DNA of 64,000 bases from Oscillospiraceae bacterium (lineage in GTDB: Bacteria; Bacillota; Clostridia; Oscillospirales; UBA929): positions 27,885-91,884 of the forward strand of contig JAVBOR010000007.1 of assembly GCA_031550325.1 (NCBI GenBank), given 5' to 3'. The notes beneath the pieces are model-generated. The model did not search any database. It worked only from the letters and a program-made list of their open reading frames with translations, and was not told the origin of the DNA. Shown piece after piece: positions 53,100-62,706 of the stretch. Within the stretch, counting starts at the first letter, position 1, and each line of letters starts with the position of its first letter. The position numbers were made by a program, and so were the translations under genes.

Positions 53100-54281
53100 G
53101 TGAAGGAGGTTATTGGTCTGGGAATCAGAAAGCTGATGCAGGATAAACTGACGGTTTGCTCGGAGTATAGAGTTGAGTTTAAAAAAAGAAACGCCAAGTT
53201 TAACAACACGGCGCTGATTCTGGCGGGCATTCTGGTTGCGCTGATGCTGGCGATTGTGCTGGTAGTTTCAACCATTAATGACATTCCTCAGATGTCGGAA
53301 ATTCGGCCTGTATATATTGCGTCCATCATATTTTTGCTGTTCTCGGCAGGCGTTCTCTTGTTGATCAGGCTGAAGCTGCCCGGGCTGCTGTGGCTGAGCG
53401 AGGCGCTGGCCGCGATGATCTATCTGATCACCATGGCGCTGATGCAGTGGAGCACCCATATTGAACTGCCCGCAACCCACATCAAGGATATCTCTGTCTT
53501 TATCTTCGGCTTATTTGTGCTTGTCGTGTTTTTGCGGTTTCGCCCGCTGGTCACGTTCGGCCTGCAGACAGTGTGCATTCTCATGTTTATAGGGCTGATG
53601 GTCGTGGAGCGCGGCGAGATCATCAACTTTTTTGCCTCGCTGACCAATGGCATCTGCTGCTATGTCCTTTCGGTTGTGTCGGCGGTGGCCATATACGTCA
53701 TGCATGTGCGCAGCTTTAACAATGAAAAGACGCTGGAGCAGCTGCTGACGTCGGACTACCTGACGCATGTGCACAACCGGAGAGGGTATGACTTTATGCT
53801 GCGCCGCATCTGGGATGAGGCGGAGAAGACAGGGACCAATATATCCCTGTTTATCATTGACGTCGATCATTTTAAGAAGTTTAACGACTGCTATGGGCAC
53901 GCCGAGGGCGATATTTGCCTGACGCGCGTGGCCGCCACCATCACAGAATCTGTGCGCAAGAATGATTTTGTGGCGCGGTACGGCGGGGAGGAGTTTGCGG
54001 TCATCCTGGCAGACACCGGCGCTGATGACGTTGAGTTGATCGCCAAGCGCATTCTGCGCGACATCCACATGCTGAGAATCAGGCATGAGCAGTCGGAGCA
54101 CGGCTATGTCTCCGTGAGCATTGGCGTCTCTACCGCCGTGCCGGGTAAAAAGGAAGTTCAATTCGCGGACTTTTCCAAAAGTGCCGACGACGCGCTTTAC
54201 GACGCCAAGCGCACGGGACGCAACAAGATCGTGTATTCAAACACGCTGATGCCGGGCAAACGTGCAAAAAAAACATCTTGA
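53100..54281 (+). CDS. Membrane-anchored diguanylate cyclase (GGDEF domain)
   Basis: Five or six predicted TM helices are followed by LTHVHNRRGYD, DVDHFKKFNDCYGH, the active site RYGGEEFAV, and DDALYDAKRTGRNK. The start is uncertain: GTG at 53100 sits upstream of the gaaggagg RBS, so an in-frame downstream start up to the ATG at 53136 is possible. Confidence 0.85.
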   Translation: MKEVIGLGIRKLMQDKLTVCSEYRVEFKKRNAKFNNTALILAGILVALMLAIVLVVSTINDIPQMSEIRPVYIASIIFLLFSAGVLLLIRLKLPGLLWLSEALAAMIYLITMALMQWSTHIELPATHIKDISVFIFGLFVLVVFLRFRPLVTFGLQTVCILMFIGLMVVERGEIINFFASLTNGICCYVLSVVSAVAIYVMHVRSFNNEKTLEQLLTSDYLTHVHNRRGYDFMLRRIWDEAEKTGTNISLFIIDVDHFKKFNDCYGHAEGDICLTRVAATITESVRKNDFVARYGGEEFAVILADTGADDVELIAKRILRDIHMLRIRHEQSEHGYVSVSIGVSTAVPGKKEVQFADFSKSADDALYDAKRTGRNKIVYSNTLMPGKRAKKTS

Positions 54282-54306
54282 TTCCTTTTTGCGGATCGTG
54301 TATACT
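54278..54306 (+). promoter_or_regulatory. Sigma-70-type promoter for tRNA-Gly
   Basis: TTGATT, a 17-nt spacer, then TATACT. The tRNA starts 14 nt after the -10. Confidence 0.5.
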
Positions 54307-54319
54307 GCTGATGGAACAC

Positions 54320-54394
54320 GCGGGAGTAGTTCAGCGGTAGAGCGTCGGCTTCCCAAGCCGAAAGTCGCGGGTTCGAATCCCGTTTCCCGCTCCA
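54320..54394 (+). tRNA. tRNA-Gly (anticodon CCC), with encoded CCA
   Basis: Cloverleaf read by eye. The acceptor stem is gcgggag/ttcccgc. The anticodon stem is tcggc/gccga with loop ttCCCaa. The T arm is gcggg ttcgaat cccgt. The 3' end is tcca. Confidence 0.9.
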
Positions 54395-54395
54395 C

Positions 54396-54442
54396 GCGGA
54401 GTGTTCTTACAGCGACTTTGCTGTGAGAACACTCCGCTTTTT
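54396..54442 (+). terminator. Rho-independent terminator after tRNA-Gly
   Basis: gcggagtgttcttacagc gacttt gctgtgagaacactccgc, followed by ttttt. Confidence 0.65.
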
Positions 54443-54496
54443 CCTTTTGGCTGACAGAGAACCCTTGGTTCTTTGTCAAAGCGAGGGCTTAGATCA

Positions 54497-54547
54497 AACC
54501 GCCTGCGGCGTCAGGCTCGACGCGAATCCAGGAAAAGGACGAAGGCG
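54497..54547 (-). repeat. Partial copy (5' module) of the intergenic repeat, reverse orientation
   Basis: gcgtcaggctcgacgcgaatccaggaaaaggacgaaggcg is the reverse complement of the cgtcct...ttcacgtcgagcctgacgg module. Confidence 0.65.
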
Positions 54548-54693
54548 TAAAGCGCTTTCTTGACAAAGCAGCCCCGCCCATTCCTGCCGGACACGGAATT
54601 ATGGCGAAAAAGCAAAGCTTTTGCAGCTCAAGCCCGATGATCTTTTCAAATGTAAACATGTGTGGTATACTGCAGCAAAGAAAGGATGAGTCT

Positions 54694-56136
54694 ATGCCGG
54701 CAGTATTTTACATTTGGCTGGGCGTTTTGGCGGCGCTGCTTGTGCTGCCTCTGGTGGTTGCGATACGCACGTCGCGTATTCGTCCCGTCCAGGCGGCTGC
54801 GCTGTCCAGGCCGGATTTTGACTCCGCTGCCGCGCAGCGCGCCAGCGAGAGCCTAGCCGGAGCCATCCGGTTCCAAACGGTCATCCGGGACGGCACGCCC
54901 GACACGGGTGAATGGGTGCGTCTGCGCGACTATCTGCGGTCGCGCTATCCTATGGTTCATGAGAAACTTGCGCCGGAACAGGTGGCCGGGTATAGCCTTG
55001 TCTATCACTGGAAAGCGCCGGAGCCCGGCAAACTTCCGCTGCTATTTTGCGCGCATATGGATGTTGTGCCCGCCGAAGGGCATTGGGAGCACGGCCCGTT
55101 TGAGGGCGTTATTCAGGACGGATATGTTTGGGGCCGCGGCGCGCTGGACTGCAAGCATTTGATGATTTGCCTGCTCGAAGCGGCGGAGCGCTTGCTGGAG
55201 CAGGGGTATGTCCCGGAGAGAGATATCTATCTGGCGTTTGGACACGATGAGGAGATCGGCGGGCCCGAAGGCGCGCGCAACATCGCCAAGCTTTTTCATC
55301 AGCGCGGACTGCGCTTTGCCATGGTTTTGGATGAAGGGGGAGCGCTTGCTCGCGCGCCGATCGCCACGGGCCGGCCGGTGGCCGAGGTCTCCGTGGCGGA
55401 GAAGGGCATGGTCAACCTGCGCATGACGGTGCGCGGCGAACCCGGTCACGCATCGACGCCGCCCCGCCACACCGCGCTCGGAAAGATGAGCGAAGCAGTT
55501 GCGCGCATGGAATTCCGCCGGAGCAAGGCACGCTTAACGCCCGTGGTGCTTGACACGCTCAAGCTGCTCGCGCCCTTCTTTCCCTATAAGCTGCGCATGT
55601 ATATTGCCAACCTGTGGCTGTTCAGGCGGCCGCTTCTGAACCTATTGGCCGCCGACCCGCGGTCAAACGCGCTGATTCGCACCACGGTTGCCGCAACCAT
55701 GGCCACATGCGGAACGGCGCCCAACGTGCTGCCTGAATCGGCCCAGGCGGTGTTTAACGCGCGTCTTCTGCACGGGGATGATGAGGCTGCGCTGCTCAGT
55801 TATCTGTGCGACGTCACGCATGATCTGGAAGCAGAGTTTGAGCTTCTTTACGCCAGTGAGCCCTCGGCCGTGGCGGACTACGGCGGCGCGGCGTTCCATA
55901 CGCTCTCGGACTCCATCCGGAATGTCTTCGGCGAGGTGGCCGTGGTGCCGTATCTGATGACGGGCGGAACCGACGCGCGGTACTACGAGGGCCTCAGCGA
56001 CAGCGTGCTGCGCTTTTGCCCGTTTATCCTCACGCCCGACGATCAGGCCACCATCCACAGCGTTGACGAGCGCGTGATGTGTGATGCGTTGGGCGTCGCC
56101 GTGCGGTTCTATGAGGATTTGATCAAGCGATTTTAG
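54694..56136 (+). CDS. M20/M25/M40-family metallopeptidase with an N-terminal membrane anchor
   Basis: Start is MPAVFYIWLGVLAALLVLPLVVAI after RBS aaagga. Metal-binding motifs are FCAHMDVVP and GRGALDCK, with the EE catalytic pair in HDEEIGG, and HASTP. Confidence 0.8.
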   Translation: MPAVFYIWLGVLAALLVLPLVVAIRTSRIRPVQAAALSRPDFDSAAAQRASESLAGAIRFQTVIRDGTPDTGEWVRLRDYLRSRYPMVHEKLAPEQVAGYSLVYHWKAPEPGKLPLLFCAHMDVVPAEGHWEHGPFEGVIQDGYVWGRGALDCKHLMICLLEAAERLLEQGYVPERDIYLAFGHDEEIGGPEGARNIAKLFHQRGLRFAMVLDEGGALARAPIATGRPVAEVSVAEKGMVNLRMTVRGEPGHASTPPRHTALGKMSEAVARMEFRRSKARLTPVVLDTLKLLAPFFPYKLRMYIANLWLFRRPLLNLLAADPRSNALIRTTVAATMATCGTAPNVLPESAQAVFNARLLHGDDEAALLSYLCDVTHDLEAEFELLYASEPSAVADYGGAAFHTLSDSIRNVFGEVAVVPYLMTGGTDARYYEGLSDSVLRFCPFILTPDDQATIHSVDERVMCDALGVAVRFYEDLIKRF

Positions 56137-56137
56137 T

Positions 56138-56166
56138 CTGTGAAAGAACCTCCCGTTCTTTCACAG
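56138..56166. terminator. Perfect 12-bp hairpin between the convergent M20 peptidase and pfp genes
   Basis: ctgtgaaagaac ctccc gttctttcacag. Confidence 0.5.
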
Positions 56167-56189
56167 AGCGGGGACTGGTTTAAACGGCT

Positions 56190-56238
56190 GCGGCGGTTTG
56201 CAGAGAAAGGCGTTGCGGAAGTGATTCCCGCAACGCCT
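56190..56238 (-). repeat. Partial copy (hairpin module) of the intergenic repeat, reverse orientation
   Basis: gcagagaaaggcgttgcgg aagtgattc ccgcaacgcct. The reverse complement shares ccgcaacgcctttctctgc with 47725-47743. Confidence 0.6.
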
Positions 56239-56258
56239 CAGATTCAATCTTTTGCGCC

Positions 56259-57551
56259 TTACTCGGTCTCTTTGCGGAAGCCCTCGGGCGTGTAGCCGGG
56301 GAGCTTTGGGGAAAGCGGGACGCAGCGCAGACGCGCAAAGCGCTGCAGACCGTGCTCCATAGGGCTGTCCGGCCAACTCTCGCCGATGAGCGGCATGGCG
56401 TAGCGCACAAAGTCATCGGTGACGTCGGTCTTGTCAGGGCTGAGCCAGTGCGCAGGCAGATGGCGCTCGGAGAGAGCGACAACGCGCAGGGGAACCTTGT
56501 CGTAGCGCGGGCGATAGGGAAGGCCCTGCCCACGCAGGATGGTGGCCATGAAGCCCGTGCCGTCGCGCATGGCCATGTCGACCGCGTGCGCGCCCACCTG
56601 GTACGCCTCTTCAATGTCGACGCGCGAGCGGTAAATGGCAGTTGAGCGCTGGAGAACGCCAGGCACCTGTCCCGTGACCTGCCCGCGCGCGTTGAGCCCG
56701 GATTGGTTGAGATGGTTGACCACCACCTGGGCCACCGTGGACTGGGACGCGCCATATTCCACGTGGCCAAAGCCGTCGCGCTTTTCGCCGAGCGATCCGA
56801 CCGGAAAGCCCTCGCTGACGACAACGACGCAGCGTCCGTGCCGGGCGAGCGACTGGCGCACGTGGTCGGTCAGTTCAGGGAGGCCCAGGCCGCTCTCGGC
56901 AAAGAACATCTTCAGCGGCGTCTGCCGCCCGGGGTCGGAGAGCCGCGCCGCCGCTGTGATGAATCCGCTGCCGCGGCCCATGGCCTGCAGAACGGCAACG
57001 GGCTCGGACACGCACATGCCCCTGTTTTCCTCTTCGGTGTTCTGAATGACGCTGGCCCAGTAGCGCGCGGCGCTGCCGTAACCCGGCGTGTGGTCGATCA
57101 CCGTAAACTCCTCGTCGCCGATGTCGTTGTCAATCGTCTTCGGCACGCCTGCCACAACGAGCTCCAGCCCGCGGCGGCGCGCCAGCGCGGAGATTTTGTC
57201 GGCGGTGTCCATGCTGTCGTTGCCGCCGATGTAGAAAAAATACCCGATGTTGTGGGCGCGGAAGACGTCAATGATGCGTTCGTAGTCAGCCTCTTTGGCA
57301 TCGGTCAGCTTGTATCGGCAAGTGCCGATGGCGCCCGACGCGGGAGTGCAGCGCAGCAAGGAGAGCTCGTGCGGATCCTCCCGGCCGAGGTCGGTGAGCG
57401 ACTCGGTCAGCACGCCCTCAATGCCGTGGCGCGCTGCAAGCACCGAGCCGATCGCGTTCGGGTACGCCAGACAGCGCTCCAGCGTGCCGAGCAGAGAGGC
57501 GTTGATGACAGGGGATGGGCCGCCCCCAAGGGCAATGAGCGCGTTGACCAT
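56259..57551 (-). CDS. pfp: Phosphofructokinase, PPi-dependent-type signature (diphosphate--fructose-6-phosphate 1-phosphotransferase)
   Basis: PFK fold: GGGPSPVINA, YIGGNDSMD, GVPKTIDNDI. Asp in GGNDS and Lys in PKTIDND sit at the positions that are Gly104 and Gly124 in ATP-dependent E. coli PfkA. Those two substitutions are the classical PPi-specificity markers. Confidence 0.8.
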   Translation of the reverse strand: MVNALIALGGGPSPVINASLLGTLERCLAYPNAIGSVLAARHGIEGVLTESLTDLGREDPHELSLLRCTPASGAIGTCRYKLTDAKEADYERIIDVFRAHNIGYFFYIGGNDSMDTADKISALARRRGLELVVAGVPKTIDNDIGDEEFTVIDHTPGYGSAARYWASVIQNTEEENRGMCVSEPVAVLQAMGRGSGFITAAARLSDPGRQTPLKMFFAESGLGLPELTDHVRQSLARHGRCVVVVSEGFPVGSLGEKRDGFGHVEYGASQSTVAQVVVNHLNQSGLNARGQVTGQVPGVLQRSTAIYRSRVDIEEAYQVGAHAVDMAMRDGTGFMATILRGQGLPYRPRYDKVPLRVVALSERHLPAHWLSPDKTDVTDDFVRYAMPLIGESWPDSPMEHGLQRFARLRCVPLSPKLPGYTPEGFRKETE

Positions 57552-57571
57552 ACGGTAAGCCTCCTGTTACG

Positions 57572-59746
57572 TTACGATTTGTTTTGTTCCTTCCACTTGG
57601 CCAGCTGGGCGGCAAGCGCGAAGTTTCCGCCGCCCGCCTGTTGCTGCGCTGCCATAAACTTGTTGACATCTGTCTTGTTCGCGCCGGCCTCGCCGCGGCG
57701 CTTTTCAAAGTCGGTGAGCTTTTCCCGGTGGCCGCACACACAGACAAACATGCGCTTTTCGCCCTCTCCGCGCAGCTCCAGCTTTTTATGACAGTTGGGG
57801 CAGCGCGCGTTGGTTTCCACAGAAACGCTCTTGCGGTAGCCGCATTCACGGTCGGGGCAGACGAGCATTTTTCCGCGCTTGCCCTGCACGTCCAGCAGAA
57901 GCTTGCCGCAGTCGGGGCACTTTTCGCGCGTCTGGTTGTCGTGCTGATATTTGGCGTCGCTGGCGATGACCATCGAGACAAGCTTGGCAGCGTACGCGCG
58001 CATCTGGGCGACAAACGCGTCCTTGCTGCCCTGCCGCTTGCTGATGGCCGAAAGCTGCTGCTCCCATCGCGCGGTGAGCTCGGCTGACTTCAGCTCGGGC
58101 GGGACGATGGAAATGAGCTGAATGCCCTTGGAGGTCGGCACGAGCTCCTTGCCGCGCCGCTCCATGTAAAAGGACGAAAACAGCTTTTCAATGATATCTG
58201 CGCGTGTGGCGGGCGTACCCAGCCCGCTGGTCTGCTGCATGATATCGCGCGAGGCCTTGCTCTCCAGCGGGGGATTTTCCATGGCGGTGAGCAGCGTGGC
58301 CTCGGTGTACCGGGCGGGCGGCTTGGTCTTTCCGGTCTCCAGTTTTATGGAGCGCAAGCTCAGGCGTTCGCCCTGGCGAAGAGGCGGCAGGGTCTGCTCG
58401 CCGTATTCGTCTTCGGTCTCGTCGTCGCCGAGGACGCCCGTGCTGTAGGCAGCTTTCCAGCCCGGAGAGCGGACGATCTTTCCCTTGGCGCCGAAACGCT
58501 CTCTGCCAATCGTGGCGACAAGCTTTGTCTCCTCGTATTCATACGCCGGAGACAGAACCGCAAGAAAGCGCCGCACGACGAGATCGTAGATGTTTCGCTC
58601 CTGCGGCGAGAGCGCCGACAGGTTTACGGGTTCCTCCGTGGGAATGATCGCGTGATGATCGGTGACCTTGGCGTTGTCCACCAGATAGCGCGTCGAGAGC
58701 GGGCGCATGCGCAAAAGTGCCCCGGCCATCTCGCGGTAAGGCCCGACGGCCACGCTCCTCAAACGGTCGGTCAGCGTGGAGGCGACGTCAGACGTGATGT
58801 AGCGCGAGTCGGTTCGCGGATAGGTCAGAAGCTTGTGCCGCTCGTAAAGAGACTGCATCAGCGAAAGGGTCTCCTTGGCCGAATAGGCGAACTTTCGGTT
58901 GGCGTCGCGCTGCAGCTCGGTCAGGTCATACGCGGCGGGCGGCGCTTTGTGCTTATACTGCTTACTCAGGTCGGTGATGACTGCCGGCTTCCCGGCGCAG
59001 GAGGAACAGACCGCCTCCGCGGCAGCTTTGTCAAATGTGCGCGTCTGTCCGCCCGGGCTGACCCACAGGGCAGAAAACCCGTCAAACGCAGCGCGCACGC
59101 CAAAGGTGTCGCGCGGCACAAACGACTTGATCTCCTGTTCGCGCGCGACAATCAGCGAAAGCGTCGGCGTCTGCACGCGTCCGCCCGAGAGCTGCGCGTT
59201 GTGCTTGCAGGTCAGCGCGCGCGTGACGTTGAGTCCGACCAGCCAGTCGGCCTCGGCGCGCGCCTGGGCCGAGGCGTACAGCGCGTCAAACTCCTGCGAC
59301 GGGCGCAGGCCGGCAAAACCCTCGCGTATGGCCTTTTCAGTCTGGGAGGAAATCCACAGCCGCCGGGCCGGCTTGCGGCAGCCCGCCTTGAGAAGAATCC
59401 ACCGCGCGACCAGCTCGCCCTCGCGTCCGGAGTCGGTGGCAATGATGATGTCGCTGACGTCGGCGCGGCCGAGCAGCTGTTTGACGACGCGAAACTGCTT
59501 GGACGTCTCCTGCATCACCACGAGCTGCATCCTTTCGGGAAGCATCGGCAGAGACTCAAGGCTCCAGGTCTTATACTGTTCTCCGTAGGCCTCGGGGTCG
59601 GCCAGCGTCACCAGATGGCCGAGCGCCCAGGTGACGATATACCGCTCGCCCGCGATGCAGCCCTCGCTGTTTTGGCGGCAGCCCAGCACTTTGGCCAGCT
59701 CCCGCGCCACCGAGGGCTTTTCGGCCAGCACAAGAGATTTTCCCAT
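57572..59746 (-). CDS. topB: DNA topoisomerase III
   Basis: The TOPRIM N-terminus is MGKSLVLAEKPSVAREL and IIATDSGREGELV. The active-site region is LTYPRTDSRYI. C-terminal zinc ribbons are CPDCGK...CPDRECGY and CPNCHKK...CVCGH. Confidence 0.9.
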   Translation of the reverse strand: MGKSLVLAEKPSVARELAKVLGCRQNSEGCIAGERYIVTWALGHLVTLADPEAYGEQYKTWSLESLPMLPERMQLVVMQETSKQFRVVKQLLGRADVSDIIIATDSGREGELVARWILLKAGCRKPARRLWISSQTEKAIREGFAGLRPSQEFDALYASAQARAEADWLVGLNVTRALTCKHNAQLSGGRVQTPTLSLIVAREQEIKSFVPRDTFGVRAAFDGFSALWVSPGGQTRTFDKAAAEAVCSSCAGKPAVITDLSKQYKHKAPPAAYDLTELQRDANRKFAYSAKETLSLMQSLYERHKLLTYPRTDSRYITSDVASTLTDRLRSVAVGPYREMAGALLRMRPLSTRYLVDNAKVTDHHAIIPTEEPVNLSALSPQERNIYDLVVRRFLAVLSPAYEYEETKLVATIGRERFGAKGKIVRSPGWKAAYSTGVLGDDETEDEYGEQTLPPLRQGERLSLRSIKLETGKTKPPARYTEATLLTAMENPPLESKASRDIMQQTSGLGTPATRADIIEKLFSSFYMERRGKELVPTSKGIQLISIVPPELKSAELTARWEQQLSAISKRQGSKDAFVAQMRAYAAKLVSMVIASDAKYQHDNQTREKCPDCGKLLLDVQGKRGKMLVCPDRECGYRKSVSVETNARCPNCHKKLELRGEGEKRMFVCVCGHREKLTDFEKRRGEAGANKTDVNKFMAAQQQAGGGNFALAAQLAKWKEQNKS

Positions 59747-59827
59747 GGCGTTGTCTCCTTTTGAGCAGACAGGCGAAGGCGGGCGCCGAAAAGGCTGTTC
59801 GCCAGATCGGACACCCGCCCGCGCGCA

Positions 59828-61264
59828 TCAGTATTGATAGCCCCAGTAGAGCATGGTCTCGGCCTTGCCGCCGCATACGGCGCAGTGCCCGCCAAGATCC
59901 TCCTGGTCAAACGGCATACAGCGCGATTTCATGCCGCCGGTTTTATCCTTGACAAGCTCCTCACAGGCGTTTGAGCCGCACCACATCGTTTTGATAAAGC
60001 CGCCCTTTTCCCGGGCGATACACGCCATGTCGTCCAGATCGTGGGCGACAGAGGTTTTTTCGGCCAGGTTGGCGCGCGCGCGGTCGAGCAGCTCGGCCTG
60101 GATCGAATCAAGTTCGGCCTTGACGGCGTCGGCAATCCCGTCAAGCGGTGAAACCAGCTTGCCGCCAGTGCGCCGCGCGAGCACGCACTGGCCGGCCTCG
60201 ATATCGCGCGGGCCGAGCTCGATGCGCAGCGGAACGCCCTTCATTTCATGTTCGGCAAACTTCCAGCCGGGCGAGGCGTCTGAGTTGTCCGTCTTGACGC
60301 GCAGGCCGGCGGCGCGCAGCTCCTGCTCCAGCAGGTTCGCGCGTTCGGTGACGCCCGGCTTGTGCGAGGCGACCGGAACGATGATCACCTGCAGGGGCGC
60401 GATGCGCGGCGGCAGAACCAGCCCGGAGTTGTCGCCATGCGTCATGATGATGCCGCCGATGATGCGTGTGGACAGCCCCCACGACGTCTGAAACACGGGT
60501 TTGAGCTGATTGTCGCGGTCGGTAAACAGGATGTCGAACGCCTTGGCGAAGCCATCCCCGAAAAAGTGGGAAGTGCCGCTTTGCAGCGCCTTGCCGTCGT
60601 GCATCATGCATTCAATCGTATAGGTCGAGACGGCGCCGGCGAATTTTTCGCTGTCGGTCTTTTTGCCCTTGACAACGGGCATGGCCAGCGAATTTTCGGC
60701 CAGATCGGCGTAAACGTCAAGCATTCTCAGCGTCTCTTCCATGGCCTCCTCGGGTGTGGCGTGCGCGGTGTGGCCCTCCTGCCACAGAAACTCGCGGTGG
60801 CGCAAAAACGGCCGCGTCGACTTCTCCCAGCGCAGCACCGAGCACCACTGATTGTAGAGTTTGGGGAGGTCGCGCCAGCTCTGAACCACATGCGAGTAAT
60901 GCTCGCAAAACAGAGTCTCCGACGTCGGCCGGATGCACAGCCGCTCTGTCAGCGGCTCGGTTCCGCCGTGCGTGACCCAGGCCACCTCGGGGGCAAAGCC
61001 CTCCACGTGGTCTTTTTCACGCTGCAGAAGCGATTCGGGAATGAGCAAAGGCATATAGACGTTTTCGTGTCCGGTTCGTTTAAACGAAGCGTCAAGAATC
61101 GCCTGGATGTTTTCCCAGAGCGCATAAGCGTGCGGGCGCAGCACGACGCAGCCCTTCACGCTTGAGTAGTCCACAAGTTCGGCCTTGAGCACGACGTCCG
61201 TGTACCACTTGGCAAAGTCCTCCTCCATGGATGTGATCTGCTCCACCTGTTTTTTTTCAGCCAC
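59828..61264 (-). CDS. proS: Proline--tRNA ligase (archaeal/eukaryote-like type with C-terminal zinc domain)
   Basis: The GTG start gives [54 protein letters not shown]. Class II motifs follow. The C-terminus is [18 protein letters not shown], ending in Tyr. Confidence 0.9.
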   Translation of the reverse strand: MAEKKQVEQITSMEEDFAKWYTDVVLKAELVDYSSVKGCVVLRPHAYALWENIQAILDASFKRTGHENVYMPLLIPESLLQREKDHVEGFAPEVAWVTHGGTEPLTERLCIRPTSETLFCEHYSHVVQSWRDLPKLYNQWCSVLRWEKSTRPFLRHREFLWQEGHTAHATPEEAMEETLRMLDVYADLAENSLAMPVVKGKKTDSEKFAGAVSTYTIECMMHDGKALQSGTSHFFGDGFAKAFDILFTDRDNQLKPVFQTSWGLSTRIIGGIIMTHGDNSGLVLPPRIAPLQVIIVPVASHKPGVTERANLLEQELRAAGLRVKTDNSDASPGWKFAEHEMKGVPLRIELGPRDIEAGQCVLARRTGGKLVSPLDGIADAVKAELDSIQAELLDRARANLAEKTSVAHDLDDMACIAREKGGFIKTMWCGSNACEELVKDKTGGMKSRCMPFDQEDLGGHCAVCGGKAETMLYWGYQY

Positions 61265-61313
61265 CCGTATCCCCCGCTTTCTTAAGGCACAGCTCCCAAG
61301 GAGCGTTCCTTTC

Positions 61314-61342
61314 ATTTTACCGTCCCGCGGGGCGGTTGTCAA
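61314..61342 (-). promoter_or_regulatory. Sigma-70 consensus promoter for proS
   Basis: Minus strand reads TTGACA, a 17-nt spacer, then TAAAAT. The leader is about 45 nt, with no T-box. Confidence 0.55.
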
Positions 61343-61420
61343 CACAGGCTTACAAAACAGACTGACAAAGCAGGGACTGGAGAAACCCAAACGCAGCGTG
61401 TCAAAAAGGTTCTCGCAAAC

Positions 61421-61470
61421 CGCGTCCTTTTTCGGATTCACTCCGGGATAAGGACGAAGGCGCAAAGCAC
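61421..61470. repeat. Composite short copy of the intergenic repeat
   Basis: gcgtcctttttcggattcactccgggataaggacgaaggcg fuses the cgtcctttttcgg and attcactccggga modules, followed by the inverted aaggacgaaggcg. Confidence 0.55.
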
Positions 61471-61498
61471 ATTTTTGACATAACCGTATGGACGTTGG

Positions 61499-62008
61499 TC
61501 AGGTGTGCCGGACAGCGCTTTGCACCGCCAGCCTTCCCAGCGCGTTACGGCCGATCAGCTGCTTGCCGTGTTCGGATAGAAAGCGCTCATAGCCTTTCTT
61601 GTATGCCATAATTTGCCCATACTCGCTCAGCCGTTCGGCCAGATGCTGAAAAGCGCGCCCAGAGCCGTCGACATGCAGGATGTACGCGCCGTCCAGCCAG
61701 AACAGCGAGGATTTGGCCCGACCGGAAACACAGGTGGCGTCCAGCAGCGCGTCAATCGAGTCAAAGGAGAAAAAGAGCGCGCCCTGTTCGGTGTCCTCCT
61801 TGAGCTGGACAAACAACATCACGCCAACGCGTCCCGTATAGGCCTCAATTTGGTCTAAAAGCGCTGTTTCAAGGCCCAAATTGCCCAGTGCCGCGGTCAC
61901 TACGCTATGCGCCTCGTCTTTGCCGAGCTCTTTCCAGCCATGGGCGTGAATTTCAGCCGATTCTATGTATACGGTTACACAGTTTTTGCCCGCGCGGTGC
62001 ACAACCAT
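61499..62008 (-). CDS. MecA-like adaptor protein (tentative)
   Basis: 169 aa. The C-terminal region LSEYGQIMAYKKGYERFLSEHGKQLIGRNALGRL resembles the MecA C-terminal pattern. The call is from memory only. Confidence 0.45.
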   Translation of the reverse strand: MVVHRAGKNCVTVYIESAEIHAHGWKELGKDEAHSVVTAALGNLGLETALLDQIEAYTGRVGVMLFVQLKEDTEQGALFFSFDSIDALLDATCVSGRAKSSLFWLDGAYILHVDGSGRAFQHLAERLSEYGQIMAYKKGYERFLSEHGKQLIGRNALGRLAVQSAVRHT

Positions 62009-62098
62009 TTACCATCACTTCCCTGATCATTGGCGGCGCCTGCCCGAGTGTTTTTTTGACAGCGGGACGGTGGGCGGCGGACGCTTATATTGACTTTA

Positions 62099-62665
62099 TT
62101 ATACCGCGCGGGACGGGGGAAAGATAGCGGTAATAACCGGTAATAAGCGAGGCGCAATCAACACAGCCAGTAAGGTTTTAAGCCCGTCGCCGGGGAGGAA
62201 AGACATGAGACCGAACACCGCGCTCATCAGGGCATGCGAGTCTGCGCCCGCGACATGCTTTAATACGAGGATCATGTAGGGGGTGCCCAGTGCATACTGA
62301 AGCGCCGTGGCGCACAGACATACAAAAAGTGTCCGGCCCGGCGTCATCCGCCGCCGGACTGTCAGCGCGCCCGCCAGCGCAGCCGAAGGCGCGAACGACA
62401 GCAAAAACCCGAAGGAGGGTTTGAAAATCTGGGCAAAGCCGCCCGAGAATCCCGCGAAGATCGGCAGCCCAAGCAGTCCGAGCAGCAGATAGACGAGCTG
62501 GGACACTGCTCCCCACTTTGGGCCGAGAAGGATGCCAGACAAGAGGACAAAGAGGGTTTGCAGTGTGATGGGAACCGGGCCGGCCGGGATGGCAACCATG
62601 GCACCGACCGCGGTCATAGCGGCAAACAGCGCGACAAGAACGAGCTGGCGGATCGGAGTTTTCAT
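62099..62665 (-). CDS. bioY: Biotin transporter BioY (ECF S-component)
   Basis: MKTPIRQLVLVALFAAMTAVGAMVAIPAGPVPITLQTLFVLLSGILLGPKWGA is a typical BioY sequence. Confidence 0.85.
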   Translation of the reverse strand: MKTPIRQLVLVALFAAMTAVGAMVAIPAGPVPITLQTLFVLLSGILLGPKWGAVSQLVYLLLGLLGLPIFAGFSGGFAQIFKPSFGFLLSFAPSAALAGALTVRRRMTPGRTLFVCLCATALQYALGTPYMILVLKHVAGADSHALMSAVFGLMSFLPGDGLKTLLAVLIAPRLLPVITAIFPPSRAV

Positions 62666-62677
62666 AGCGCCTCCGTA

Positions 62678-62705
62678 GTAAACTTCATTCAGGAGTACAG
62701 TTTAC
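62678..62705 (-). promoter_or_regulatory. Inverted repeat between the bioY promoter and start codon (candidate BirA-type operator)
   Basis: GTAAACT, a 14-nt spacer, then AGTTTAC, immediately downstream of the -10. Confidence 0.3.
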
Positions 62706-62706
62706 C

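Noticed and set aside
53100-53136. The exact start codon of the GGDEF gene
   Set aside because: The GTG at 53100 precedes the only good RBS (gaaggagg at 53102-53109), so it is unlikely to be the true start. In-frame ATT, CTG or the ATG at 53136 are alternatives. I kept the ORF-track coordinates and flagged the uncertainty rather than choosing one.
61265-61500. A T-box leader upstream of proS
   Set aside because: No GGGTGGTACCGCG-like T-box sequence or specifier/terminator architecture is present. A consensus promoter sits only about 45 nt from the start codon. The rest of the spacer is a copy of the interspersed repeat.
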